Origin: Octopus sinensis
Lineage: Eukaryota
Direction: 5' to 3'
NCBI RefSeq assembly: GCF_006345805.1
Contig: NC_043020.1
Coordinates: 24,986,001 to 25,050,000, forward strand
Length of the DNA stretch: 64,000 nucleotides
Position numbers and translations under genes: made by a program. The first letter of the stretch is position 1. Each line of letters opens with the position of its first letter. The notes beneath the pieces were generated by a model. That model was not told the origin of the DNA. It ran no database searches and saw only the letters and a list, made by a program, of their open reading frames with translations. Below, piece by piece: positions 13,105 through 25,267 of this stretch.

Positions 13105-13533
13105 GGTGGGAGACAAACAGACAGACAGACAGACAAACAGACAGAGAGAAAGAGATGTAGATTTACATACAACATAAATAAGTAAATATTTAAATATTAA
13201 ATTGGTTTTTCTCCTCTTTCTCTTTCTCTCTCTCACCTCCCTCTTTCTTCCTTTGGCTTCTCTTATTTTCTTTTATTTTCTCTTTCATAACTCAATATTT
13301 CTCCAAACATTTTCTAAATCAGCCAAAATTTACAGGAAAATTGACCGTAAGAGGTCAGGAGGTCAACTAGTTAAGCAATCGGATAAGCACAACTTTAGAG
13401 AGAGAGGGAGAGGAGAGAGCGCGACAGAGAGAGAGAGAGAGAGAGACATATGGCTAAGTGATAGAGAATGAGAGCTATTCAGCCTAACAGACAGAGAGAA
13501 ATAGACAGTTAGAGTGAGACAGACTTAAGGCTA

Positions 13534-13564
<31 letters not shown>

Positions 13565-13781
13565 ATACATAATACTAACAAGGAAAAAGAGACGTACAGG
13601 ATAATATGAGAGAGAGAGGAGAGAGTGGGAGATGGAGGGAGAGAGAGAGAGAGAGCGATAAATATTTGTGTGTTCAAGAGCGACTAACTATTGCCGAGAG
13701 AGAGAGATTAGTTGGAGAAAGTGGTGAAAAACATGCTAGTAAGAGTGAAAGACGTACATCTCGATGAGAGAGTGAGTGAGG

Positions 13782-13817
<36 letters not shown>

Positions 13818-14469
13818 TGAAAGAGAAATCCATACAGATATTGGTAAGCGAAGGGTAAATGTTTGGTTGAGCAGGCTTTGGTTTTGCTTTGGTCTGGTTT
13901 TCACGTAATTCTCTGTTGAAACAATACAGTAATCCGCAGTGCGTTAGTGGAACGGAGAGATTAACAGCACCAGATTAAATATTGACCAAGCACCATATTT
14001 CATTCTGTAAAGGGTTAATGCCTGAAACAGGAGAAGTATATATCCATTCCAGAAGGTACGTGATGATAGGGTACCAGAAGAAAAAGAAGAAACAAATTAT
14101 ACAAACACGAATAAATAAGAAGAAAAAAAAGAAAAGACACGGAAAGCAAAGAAAATGTTTCTCTTATGATTAAATCTTTATTTTGTACATAAGTTGACTG
14201 GTTCATGGAGATGTCGAGCGGCTTATGATTAAGATTAAAATATACGATGTGATAACAAGAGCTGAGAAAGGATAAAGATTATTACTTGTCTCAAATATGA
14301 AACGTAGTTTAATGTAGTTAGTTCATAACAAGTGATGTGTAATGGTGGGATTGTGTGTGTGTGTGTGTGTGTTGAATAATATGGCGCCTTGTCATACTGA
14401 GTTATGTCCCTTAAAGCAACTTAATAATACTTTCAAATCGAGACGAAGGTGTCGTGTGTAAACTGTTAG

Positions 14470-15265
<796 letters not shown>

Positions 15266-15311
15266 CACGCTGTTCAAAAAGCTAGTATGTCATTAAAGTT
15301 TTCAGCCAGCT

Positions 15312-16483
15312 TCCTTTTTATGTGTTCCTGTCAGACATTTTAACCAGAAGTTGGGGATCTTATCGTGCCCGGATGCCTTCCAGTTGCTTAGTTTTTGTAG
15401 TGCTTGGGTGACCTCTTCAGTTGTTATAGTGTCCAGAGTTGTCTAGGTGCTGCGTTCCTTGTTTTGATGAGGTTGTTTCTTCGCCGATCATATTTCTTTC
15501 CAAAACCCTTGGCGTTTCCCCATACCAGCGGATTCTTTGTACTTTGGCGAGGATATCTTGCTTTAGCTGTTCTTTTACGTCACATATACCTTGTTCTGTA
15601 ATTTTGTATTTACGTATTTTTGCTCCCTTTCTGTTGGTTAGTAGTGATGATTGTCTACTTGTTTCGTTAAGGATTGACAGATCTTTTCTCTTGTTTTCTC
15701 TTGTTTTCTATTCTTTTCTGGATATTATTTATCCATAGGTTTTTTTTGTGTGGGTGTGATACTCCTGTTTGGATGGGTTTGAAGGGGTATCCAGCTTCTT
15801 TTGTAGCCATAACAACTGCTGCATATATTAAATCATTTAGCCTGGTTATATCGATATTTGTCTCTGTGACTATTAGTTCTGTGACGATCAGGTTCATACC
15901 ATTTATTACTGATGTTGTTTTAGTATCAATTTTAATTTTCGGCAGGTGCAGTCGGTGGTCCTTACAGAGATCTGTGGCTTTCAGCTCTTTGATTACATTC
16001 ATTTTTAGAGTACCGTAATCATTAGCTTCACCTTCACAGTTTCCAGATTTTTGATTTGTTTCGTATTCCCTCCCGCTCATATTTTTATCTGTGGTCTTCT
16101 GATTTGGTGCATTTTGCTCATCATTATACACCCTTACGGTCTGGGTTTGTCGTCTTTCATTGTTTACTTCGCTTTTGTTGCAAATATTACGTCTGTCTTC
16201 GTGTTTTACAGTCCCAGATATAATTTGGCATTGCTGTGTGGATGCTATCTACATTTTTCTGGTGTATTTTCCCTTTTAAATGTTCTATTTCTATTTCTGA
16301 TTTTTTTTATAGAATCTATCTCCGTATGTCAGCTAGTTCATTAGGCTTCATTCCTGTATCCAAATCATTATCTAGGTTATTTTTCTTCCTGATTTTATAT
16401 GTATATGTAGTGGTGTCTTCTTTCTTAGGGTAGCGTGTAGGATTGAAATATATTCCTCACGTGTCCATCTATGCTTTTTTGAT

Positions 16484-16487
<4 letters not shown>
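15312..16487 (-). mobile_element. N-terminal fragment of R4/Dong-like non-LTR element
   Basis: Minus strand reads KHRWTREEYISIL..., DITRLNDLIYAAVV, LWINNIQKRIE and AKVQRIRWY. Starts right after a (TAA)n tract; 3'-truncated. Confidence 0.75.
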
Positions 16488-16534
<47 letters not shown>

Positions 16535-16536
<2 letters not shown>

Positions 16537-18133
16537 TATGTTTGACTTTTGCTTTATGTCTGTACAAGTTGGCTCCAAGTCTCACCCAGAGACCTCAAGA
16601 GACAACAGGTTGGAAGTTGTGTGCCATATATTTGGGGTTTTTTTCAGCTAAAAAAAAAAAAGAAAAAAAACCCCAAATATATGGCACACAACTTCCAACC
16701 TGTTGTCTCTTGAATGGTGAAGTTCCAGAGGAGTGAGATGTGGTCATTTTCAAGCACAGGAGGTGGATTGTGTTCCCACCAGTTTTTTTCATGGGGCAAA
16801 TCCAGGTTTTTGCAAATTACCCAGTGAATATATTGTGCAGCTCTATCATGCCTACTGAGGTACTCTGTAGGCGCTAGAAGACTGCATTTGGAGACAACAT
16901 GGTCAATGGTTTCATTTTGTTGTCGGCATACACGACATGTTGGGCTACTGCCGTTCTTTAATGTTGACCTGGTAGTTTCTTGTTGGTAGGCATTGATCTT
17001 GAGCTGCTATGATAAACCCCTCTGTTTCAGATTTTAAGCCAGAGGCCATTAGCCATTGATGGGTCAGGGCTTTGTCGATATCTGCATTATTCGCTCTCTT
17101 TGGGTATTTGCCATCATAGAGAGTTTTTCTTGCCATTTATTATTCAGAATATCTAAGGCCGCAGTTTTGGCACGGGTTTTCATGCGCCTAGCTTTTTCTG
17201 TGCTTGTTTCTTGTATGTCATCTCTAATCTAATTTCGAAATTGGTTGTATTCGGAATTCACTTAGATATTCCTTTGCCTGTTTTGTGACTGAGATGATGC
17301 TTCTTGTTTTCATGTTTTGAGACAAGTTTTAACATCCAGTCCTCAGAGTTTTTCAGGTAGGTGTCTAGGCCAATTGTAGCAATCTTCATTGTTATTGCCA
17401 GTTGCAAAAGACCACGGCTCCTCTCTTTCTTGGCAGATAGAGTCGTTCTGTATCTGCCTTAGGGTGGTGCATTCTATGCATTGTCAACAGTTTCCTTATT
17501 TTTCTGTCGAGCTGACATATTTCAGTAATTGACCAGTTAACAATATTGAAACTGTAAGTCACGACTGGTATGGCTAATGCATTGATCGCTTCGATCCTGT
17601 TTCTTGCATTCAGCTCTGTCTTGAGTATTGCTCTCACTCTTCGATAGCATTCTCCTGATCCTTTCCTTCATCTCTGAATGCCTTATTCCGTTCCCTTCAA
17701 TTACCCCTAGGTACTTGTAGCTCTCCGCTGGGTCTAGTTCTTTTATGACATTCTGCTGGTCACGGTTAACGTTAGATGTTTCTGTCATTTTTCCTTTGAT
17801 AAAGGTAGCCTTTGCACATTTATCGAGGCCGAATTGCATTCTGATGTCGTCACTGAATTGTTTGACTATCGCTAGTAAGCCCTTGAGTTGTTGGTCATTT
17901 TTTGCAAAAAGCTTTAAATCATCCATGTAAATGAGATGATTTATATTTTTATCAAACATTTTATACCCGTACTGCGCGTCATTGAGCAGCTTTGAGAGAG
18001 GTATTAAGGATAAACAAAAAAGGAGTGGTGACAGTGAGTCACCCTGGAAAATGCCCCACGAAATTTTTACATCACCAGCATTTAGGGATTCGTTGTCACT
18101 GTTCAGAGTTAGTGTGGTTCTCCATGATCTCAT
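16535..18133 (-). mobile_element. R4/Dong-like element, 5'-truncated: RT plus CCHC knuckle, REL domain missing, 3' UTR and (TAA)n tail
   Basis: GIFQGDSLSPLLFC, HLIYMDDLKLFAK, FGLDKCA, KSETEGFIIAAQDQ, CRVCRQQNETIDHVVSKC, LWNFTIQ. Confidence 0.9.
16595..16713. repeat. hairpin with 50-bp arms at the REL deletion junction
   Basis: 16595-16644 is the reverse complement of 16664-16713. Confidence 0.92.
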
Positions 18134-18135
18134 GC

Positions 18136-18177
<42 letters not shown>

Positions 18178-18178
<1 letters not shown>

Positions 18179-18557
18179 GATAGACGTCACACAGTATACA
18201 ATATAATGAGGTTGCTGATTGTAGATATTGTATCTGCCGGGGCTTTGTACTGTTTGTCGAGTCACAACAAGGACCTCAGACAAACAGTACTTTACGCAAT
18301 ATGCCTGCAGTTCCAAGTAATGTCGACTTTTGAAGTACATCTAGAGTGTATGGTATGTTTAAGGTTTTCAGACGTTTTTTTTTTTTCCAGATTGGGTGGT
18401 ATTGAACGCAATGCTCCGATGACAATAGAGATAACCCTGTTGTTCGACTCTCATACCTGCCACATCTTAGCGATCTCAATTCTCAGGTCTCCATATTTAT
18501 CAACTTTTTCTCTTTCTTTCATGATGATCCCCTGGCACTGCAACGTCGATTACTTGG
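18178..18557 (-). mobile_element. 3' fragment (REL C-terminus plus 3' UTR) of R4/Dong-like element between (TAA)n tracts
   Basis: KEREKVDKYGDLRIEIAKMW..ISIVIGAL..LQKSTLLGTAGILRKVL on the minus strand, followed by (TAA)n. Confidence 0.85.
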
Positions 18558-18617
18558 CAATTATTATTATTATCATCAGTATTATCATTATTATTATTAT
18601 TATTATTATTGTTGTTG

Positions 18618-18715
<98 letters not shown>

Positions 18716-18928
18716 TTGGTTTTGTTTTGTATTTGTACAAGTTGACTCCAGGACTCATCTGAAAAGCTCAAGAGAGAAGTTAAAAGTTCAAGTTCGTGTT
18801 ATGACTAGAGTACCATACTTTTGGGTTTTGCACAGAATATTGTCTATGAAATGTCTGTGAAATGTCTGTGAAAACATAACTAAATTAGAAGTTTATTAAA
18901 ATTATTATTATCATTATTATTATTGTTG

Positions 18929-18981
<53 letters not shown>

Positions 18982-18997
18982 GTCATTATTATTATTG

Positions 18998-19037
<40 letters not shown>

Positions 19038-19062
19038 CAGTAGCAGTAGCAGCAGCAGCAGC
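18558..19062. repeat. (ATT)n / (TAG)n / (CAG)n tracts with an interposed Dong-like 3' UTR remnant (~18715-18890)
   Basis: Visible repeats; 18715-18790 resembles 16535-16600. Confidence 0.75.
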
Positions 19063-19065
19063 AAG

Positions 19066-19235
19066 TCAGTGAGTTGGCAAAATCGTTAGCACGCCGTGTA
19101 AAATTCTGAGTTCAAATTCCGCCGAGGTCGACTCCGCCTTCATCCTTTCAGGATTGATAAAAATAGGTACCACTTACGCGCTGGGATCGTATAATCAAGT
19201 CTCCTCCTAAATTGCTGGCCTCGTGCTCAAACTTG
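19066..19235 (+). mobile_element. SINE family B
   Basis: GAGTTGGCAAAATCGTTAGCACGCC...GAGTTCAAATTCCGCCGAGGTCGAC...GGCCTCGTGCTCAAACTTGAAACC. Confidence 0.8.
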
Positions 19236-19334
19236 AAACCAATAATGTAACTGTGTATAACATGATTACACACATACACATGTATGAATGCACGTAGAGT
19301 GTAAGATAGAGAAAGAGAGAGAGTGAGAGTGAGA

Positions 19335-19575
19335 GAGAGAGAGCTGAAGGTATATCTCCGAGTATCCATGTTTTGTAATCCCGTCTGTATGATACATTCA
19401 GCACTCTTTTACATACACTTGTTGGCTGTGAAAGTTTCATTAAGGTCCAACTTTTGCTTTCATTTCTCCGGGGTCATTAGTATAAAGTACCCGTCTAATA
19501 TTGAGGTCAAGGGCATCGTCTGACACCGCTTCCCACAAAAATGGCTGGCCTTGAGCCTAAATTAGAAATCATTAT
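19335..19575 (+). mobile_element. SINE family B (older copy)
   Basis: CAACTTTTGCTTTCATT...GGCCTTGAGCCTAAATTAGAAATC resembles the family B 3' half. Confidence 0.55.
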
Positions 19576-19699
19576 TGCTCTTCTTGTTGTTGCTGTTGTT
19601 GCTCCTGTTGATGCTGTGAAATCAATTTATTTTCCAAAGAGGGTCAAATCATCCCAATATTTCCTTCACTAGATATGAATAGAATTATAGACGCAGAGA

Positions 19700-20090
<391 letters not shown>

Positions 20091-20394
20091 TACTTCCATA
20101 CATGTATATATATATACATAAATGTATGTATTTATTATGTACATATATATCTGTGTGTGAATGTGCGTGTGTGCATGTATGACCATGCGTGTGCAAGCGT
20201 TTGTGTCTCTGTGTATAGATATGTGTGTGTGTGTGTATATATATGTGTGTATCTATATGTGTCAGTGATGTTTTATTTCGGTTACTTCCCTTGGCTTTAT
20301 GCCTGACTTTAAAGATCCTCTCCGTGTTGGAGTTCTTCCTCTTTCCTTCTCTCCAGGATCCATCGTCTTCCATCAGCTTCGGACACAACAACAG

Positions 20395-21170
20395 TCGCTA
20401 TATTTACCTCCGACCACGTCACCGTCACGACCACCACTACCACTACCACCACAACTACTACTACTACTACTAGTGATTTCAATGATGCCACCACCATCAT
20501 CATCTCTATTACCACAGACCCCACCAAATTACCGCCACCATCATGACCATCACTTCTGACAGCCAACCCGTCTTCTAGCTTCACGAACCAAATTAGACAT
20601 CCATTATAGAAGAGTATAGATCGGTTAAACACGAAAATTAATCATCGCCGTCACCACCATCATCATTATCATCATCACTAATATTACTATCATCCCCTCT
20701 ACCACCACCACTATATGACGGGTTCCATCACTACCACCCCCATCACCACTACCACCCTCACTACTACCACCATCACCATGCCCATCACCAGCAACACAAC
20801 TACTACCTCCCTCTGCTACCACCATCACCCACATTAAAAAAAGCCTCTACTGCCACCCTCCCCACCGCTAACAGCATTCCTATCACCAACACCACCCGCA
20901 CAACCATCAGCACCACCACCAACACCTCCACCATCATCGCCACCATCATCAATGCCGCCACCATCAACGCTTCCATCATCAACGCCGCCACCATCAACGC
21001 CGCCACCGTCAACGCCGCCACCATCAACTCTACAATACCACCACCGCCAACACCAGTAAGACTCTTTCTGTAACCATCAAGGCCACCACTACCACCCTCT
21101 CTATCCCGCATCAACAACGCCATCTCCAGTACCACCTCTTCCACCACCACTGACGCCCTCCTGCTACCAT
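20395..21170. repeat. (CCA/CAT/CTA) low-complexity tract
   Basis: Directly visible degenerate trinucleotide repeats. Confidence 0.9.
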
Positions 21171-21989
21171 CCCGAAATATCAACTGTTTAAATGGTGGAA
21201 CCGTCGAGATGGTTCTGTCTTAGAGTTTACCAATGTTTCTAATAGTGATCTCAGAATCGGAAGAACATTAGCTTTCAGTGTTGGCAGGGAGTTCCTGCTT
21301 TAATAGTTCCTGTCTTGGACGAATGGTCAGGCCAAACACACAGAAGGTGGCCCTTGATAGACAAGGGTAAGGTGGGGGCAGATCGAAATCAGAACGAGAA
21401 ACTTTATTAAAGTTTCGCTTTTCTGCGAGTTGCTGTGTGTGTGTATGTGTCGATGTGTGTGTGTGTGTGTTTGTCCATGCGTTCGTGTGCGTGCATGAGC
21501 GTGTGTGTGTGTGTGTGCGTATGTTTGTATGCATGTGTTTGTGTTTGTGTTTGTCTACAGGTTCGTGTGTGTTTGTGCCGTTGGAGTGTGTGCGTGGGAG
21601 AGGAAGAGAGATTAAGCGAATAAGTAAGAGGAGAAGAAACAGAGCAATAATGGAATGAGGGAGAAACAGAGGTGAGGGGGAAGGAAGAGTGAGAGACAGA
21701 GAGACTGAGAGAGGGGGAAGGCGAGAGACTTTCTCTTAATAATGAGCTTTGTGTCCCAAAATAGAATACGCAGAAAAAAAGAGAAACATCTTGTTAGAGT
21801 GTGTGTGTGTGAGAGAGAGAGAAAGAGAGAGAGGAAGAGAGAGAGAAAGAGAGAATAGGGGAAAGAGAGAGATTGAGAAAGGAGTTTATTATAGCCATAG
21901 GTGGATGGCGAACAGAAATGTGTGTATGCGTGTGTATGTATATGTGTGTGTGTGTGTATGTATGTCTGTGTGTGCGTGTGTGTGTGTGC

Positions 21990-22585
21990 GTATGTGTGAG
22001 TGTGTGTCCGTCTCGCACCACCGCAGCTTGTCAGCCGGTGATGTTATTTGTATATCCTCGTAACTTAGCGGTTCGGCAAGTGACACCGATAGAATAAGTA
22101 GCAGGCTTACAAAATACAATGTACTGGTGTCGATTCGTTCGACCAAAGTTCTTCAATATGTATACACGGTGAGCTTCTTTCAGTTTCCGCCAACCAAATC
22201 CACTCGCGAGAGTTTGTTATACCCAAAGTCTACAGTGGGCAAGACTCGACCAAGTGTTACGCCGAGGGACGGAATCTCGATTCAAGCGGTTCCGAAATAT
22301 GCTGCCTATACGACCATTAATGCACAATAAGGTATACATCAGAAAAATTAAATTTAAATATTTAAATATTATAGAAATATTTCTCCTAAAGTTTAATTCC
22401 TTCTTTTTTTTTCTTCTTTGCTTGTTTCAGAAATCAGATTGCAGCCACGCTAGAGCATCGCCTTAAAGGGTTTTAGTTGAAGAAATCGACTCCGAACTTA
22501 TTCTTTGTAAACCTAGTACTTATTATGTCGGTTTCTTTTGCTGAATTGCTAACTTGGTGGGAGACAAACACAGACACAAAGACAC
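21990..22585. mobile_element. jumbled SINE family A fragments (tail +, head -, tail -)
   Basis: CGTAACTTAGCGGTTCGGC on + (22060s), CTTCTTTCAGTTTCCGCCAACCAAATCC head on -, and GAAATCGACTCC..CTAGTACTTATT tail on -. Confidence 0.7.
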
Positions 22586-22599
22586 TCACATATGAATAA

Positions 22600-22800
22600 T
22601 TGGCGATTTTTTTCTCCGTTTTCCTTTTCTCTTGGAATTTCTTCTGTCTCCTGTTTCTGAAGAAGAGCTTTGCTCGAAACGTAAAACCACCTTTCTTTCC
22701 TTCCCTGAGCGTCTGCTAATACTTTGCACCTACCACGTCCTCGCCTTGTTGCTTTTTTTCATGTGTTTGTTCATGTGTTTGTTCTTCGTTGTTTGGGATT
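22600..22800 (+). mobile_element. Penelope-like terminal repeat (pLTR) remnant
   Basis: Shares the GAAGAGC..GCTCGAAACGT..CCTGAGCG..CTAATAC architecture with the PLE 3' ends at 36600-36792 and 57490-57653. Confidence 0.65.
22653..22687 (+). ncRNA. minimal type I hammerhead ribozyme candidate
   Basis: GUUU-CUGAAGA-A-GAGC(UUU)GCUC-GAA-ACGU-A-AAAC: 4-bp helix I, 4-bp helix II, palindromic loopless helix III, GUA site. Confidence 0.55.
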
Positions 22801-22802
22801 TA

Positions 22803-22872
<70 letters not shown>

Positions 22873-22889
22873 ATAATATATATATAATA

Positions 22890-23286
22890 GGCGCAGGAGT
22901 GACTGTGTGGTAAGTAGCTTGCTAACCAACCACATGCTTCCGGGTTCAGTCCCACTGCGTGGCATCTTGGGCAAGTGTCTTCTGCTATAGCCCCGGGCTG
23001 ACCAATGCCTTGTGAGTGGATTTGGTAGACGGAAACTGAAAGAAGCCTGTCGTATATATGTATATATATATATGTATGTGTGTGTGTTTGTCCCCCTAGC
23101 ATTGCTTGACAACCGATGCTGGTGTGTTTACGTCCCCGTCACTTAGCGGTTCGGCAAAAAGACACCGATAGAATAAGTTCTGGGCTTACAAAAAGAATAA
23201 GTCCCGGGGTCGAGTTGCTCGACTAAAGGCGGTGCTCCAGCATGGCCGCAGTCAAATGACTGAGACAAGTAAAAGAGTTAAAGAGT
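22890..23286 (+). mobile_element. SINE family A, full length
   Basis: Near-identical to 8769-9183. Confidence 0.92.
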
Positions 23287-23425
23287 AATATATATATATT
23301 TATATTATATAGAGGGCATTATTACACATAAATGCCACACGCTAGTAGGGACTTTTAAAGTCATAACTACCAAAAATAAACAAATCGTACCGAATACAAT
23401 TCTGGAAGCGAGACATTTAAAAACA

Positions 23426-23502
23426 GAATTTAGTTCCAGATCACCTGGGATTTCTCAATTAACGTATTATCTACATCTCTTGCTCTTCAGTGAAACGAAT
23501 TT
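23426..23502 (-). ncRNA. degenerate type I hammerhead (left-arm copy)
   Basis: CUGAAGA and GAAA retained, but C11.1->A and one helix III pair is broken. Confidence 0.6.
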
Positions 23503-23973
23503 AAAATATATCATGAATGAACAAAACCAACATACCAGGCGGAACCATATCGTAGCATATGAAAATGTTCACCCCTCATATATTTATGTAAATGGCGGGC
23601 TTTTTCGAATTGCATTTCGGTAAGAAACGTTCTTCTTCGGAACAAATTTAAAAATAGGATAAAATCTTAATAAGAAATTATCAGGTAGTTAGCATGAAAA
23701 ACCTCATAAAAGTCCCTCCTAGTGAAAAAATTTACAGATTTTTTCTCTTATGAGGTTTTTCACGCTAACTACCTGATAATTTCTTATTAAGATTTTATCC
23801 TATTTTTAAATTTGTTCCGAAGAAGCACGTTTCTCACCGAAATACAATTCGAAAAAGCCCGCCATTTACATAAATATATGAGGGGTAAACATTTTCATAT
23901 GCTGCAATGGAGGCGACGGTTGTCTGTCTGGTTCCGCCTGGTATGTTGGTTTTGTTCATTCATGATATATTTT

Positions 23974-24050
23974 GAATTCGTTTCACTGAAGAGCAAAAGA
24001 CGTAGGTAATACGTTAATTGCGAAATCACAGGTGATCTGGAACTAAATTC
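23974..24050 (+). ncRNA. type I hammerhead ribozyme with canonical core
   Basis: Helix I GAAUU.C.GUUUCA / UGGAAC.UA.AAUUC; CUGAAGA (23986-23992); helix II GCAA/UUGC with inner ACGUA/UACGU hairpin; GAAA (24022-24025); helix III AUCAC/GUGAU; AUC site, predicted cut after 24037. Confidence 0.8.
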
Positions 24051-24189
24051 TGTTTTTAAATGTCTCGCTTCCAGAATTGGATTCGGTACGATTTGTTTAT
24101 TTTTGGTAGTTATGACTTTAAAAGTCCTTCCTAGCGTGTGGCATCTATGTGTAATAATGCCCTCTATATAATATAAATAGATATTTTCA

Positions 24190-24289
24190 AGTGAAAAAAT
24201 TTACAGATTTTTTCTCTTATGAGGTTTTTCACGCTAACTACCTGATAATTTCTTATTGAGATTTTATCCTATTTTAAAATTTGTTCTGA
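24190..24289 (+). repeat. third, partial direct copy of the palindrome unit
   Basis: Near-identical to ~23721-23821. Confidence 0.9.
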
Positions 24290-24316
24290 ATATATATATA
24301 ATATTATATTATATAT

Positions 24317-24365
<49 letters not shown>

Positions 24366-24366
<1 letters not shown>

Positions 24367-24610
24367 CGAGAGTTTACGAAAAAAACAAAAGATGAAGACA
24401 GGTGGTGTACAAAACAAACAGATGTATTAGTATAACGCTCAGGAATTGAAAAAGTCTTTTACGTTTAGAGACTACGCTCTTCTACAGAAAGGGACACAGA
24501 AACAAACAAGGAGAGAAAAGAAGTGTGTGTAGTGGCTACCGATCTATCATGGCGACTGCCGGACAGAAGAGCCACACAGGAGAGCGAAGAAGTAGGGAAG
24601 ATAACCAAGT
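24366..24610 (-). mobile_element. Penelope pLTR/3' end (same family as 57400-57653)
   Basis: Reverse complement matches GATAGATCG.TAGCCACTACACAC..CTGTAGAAGAGCGTAG..TACACCACCTGTCTTC..GTAAACTCTC. Confidence 0.85.
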
Positions 24611-24612
24611 AA

Positions 24613-24644
<32 letters not shown>

Positions 24645-24654
24645 ATATATATAC

Positions 24655-24797
24655 ACACCCCCAAATCCATTCACAGGGTTTTGGTCGACCCGAGGCTATA
24701 GCACAAGACACTTGACCTACGTATCTCGCAGTGAAACTGAACCTGTAAAGAAGGAGATGAGAAGCAAATTTCTTGCCACACAGGCACGCCTGCACCT
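24655..24797 (-). mobile_element. SINE family A head
   Basis: Reverse complement of the family A 5' half. Confidence 0.75.
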
Positions 24798-25174
24798 ATT
24801 AAATTATTTTTTTATAACTTAGCATAAAAGCAAACGTGAATATGAAAGGCGCGCGCGCATGTGTGTATGTGTGTGTGTATGTAAGAATGTGTCTCAATTA
24901 TATACAATACAACCTGTATTAAATTTTTAAAATGCTCATCTTTGTATCTAAATAAATATAAATAGATCGTTGAAAGGCAAATTTACTGTGGTAGTATCGA
25001 GAAGCATAATATATATCAGAGAGAAAGGAAAATTGTCCCAGCTGCGGTCTATACGTTATATTATCTCTGAACGAAATTTCTACAATGTATTTACATTAAG
25101 AATGATACAAAGATGGCTATATATATATATATATAAATGAAAGAATGGAGTCGAACGAAGATGTTAACAAAATT

Positions 25175-25267
25175 CCTTTACTCTCGACACATGTTTTGAA
25201 GACAGCATATTTTCATTCCAAAGGAATAAAGGGTGCATTATGCAATCTTCTCATCAGGAAAGAAAGG
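25175..25267 (-). ncRNA. type I hammerhead, G12->A lesion
   Basis: CUGAUGA, 5-bp helix II base GAAGA/UCUUC, AAAAC instead of GAAAC, intact GUC, 10-bp helix I with one bulge. Confidence 0.7.

Larger units (their letters stand above)
23298..24178. repeat. ~880-bp fold-back palindrome of a HHR-bearing unit (arms 23298-23709 / 23748-24178)
   Basis: Arms are reverse complements with scattered substitutions and one 19-nt indel; 38-nt spacer. Confidence 0.93.

Noticed and set aside
13995-14065. Possible micro-exon ending in AAG|GTACGT
   Set aside because: Weak acceptor and no recognisable peptide; unsupported.
21180-21210. CLNGGT EGF-like peptide
   Set aside because: No following cysteines and a stop within a few codons; chance match.
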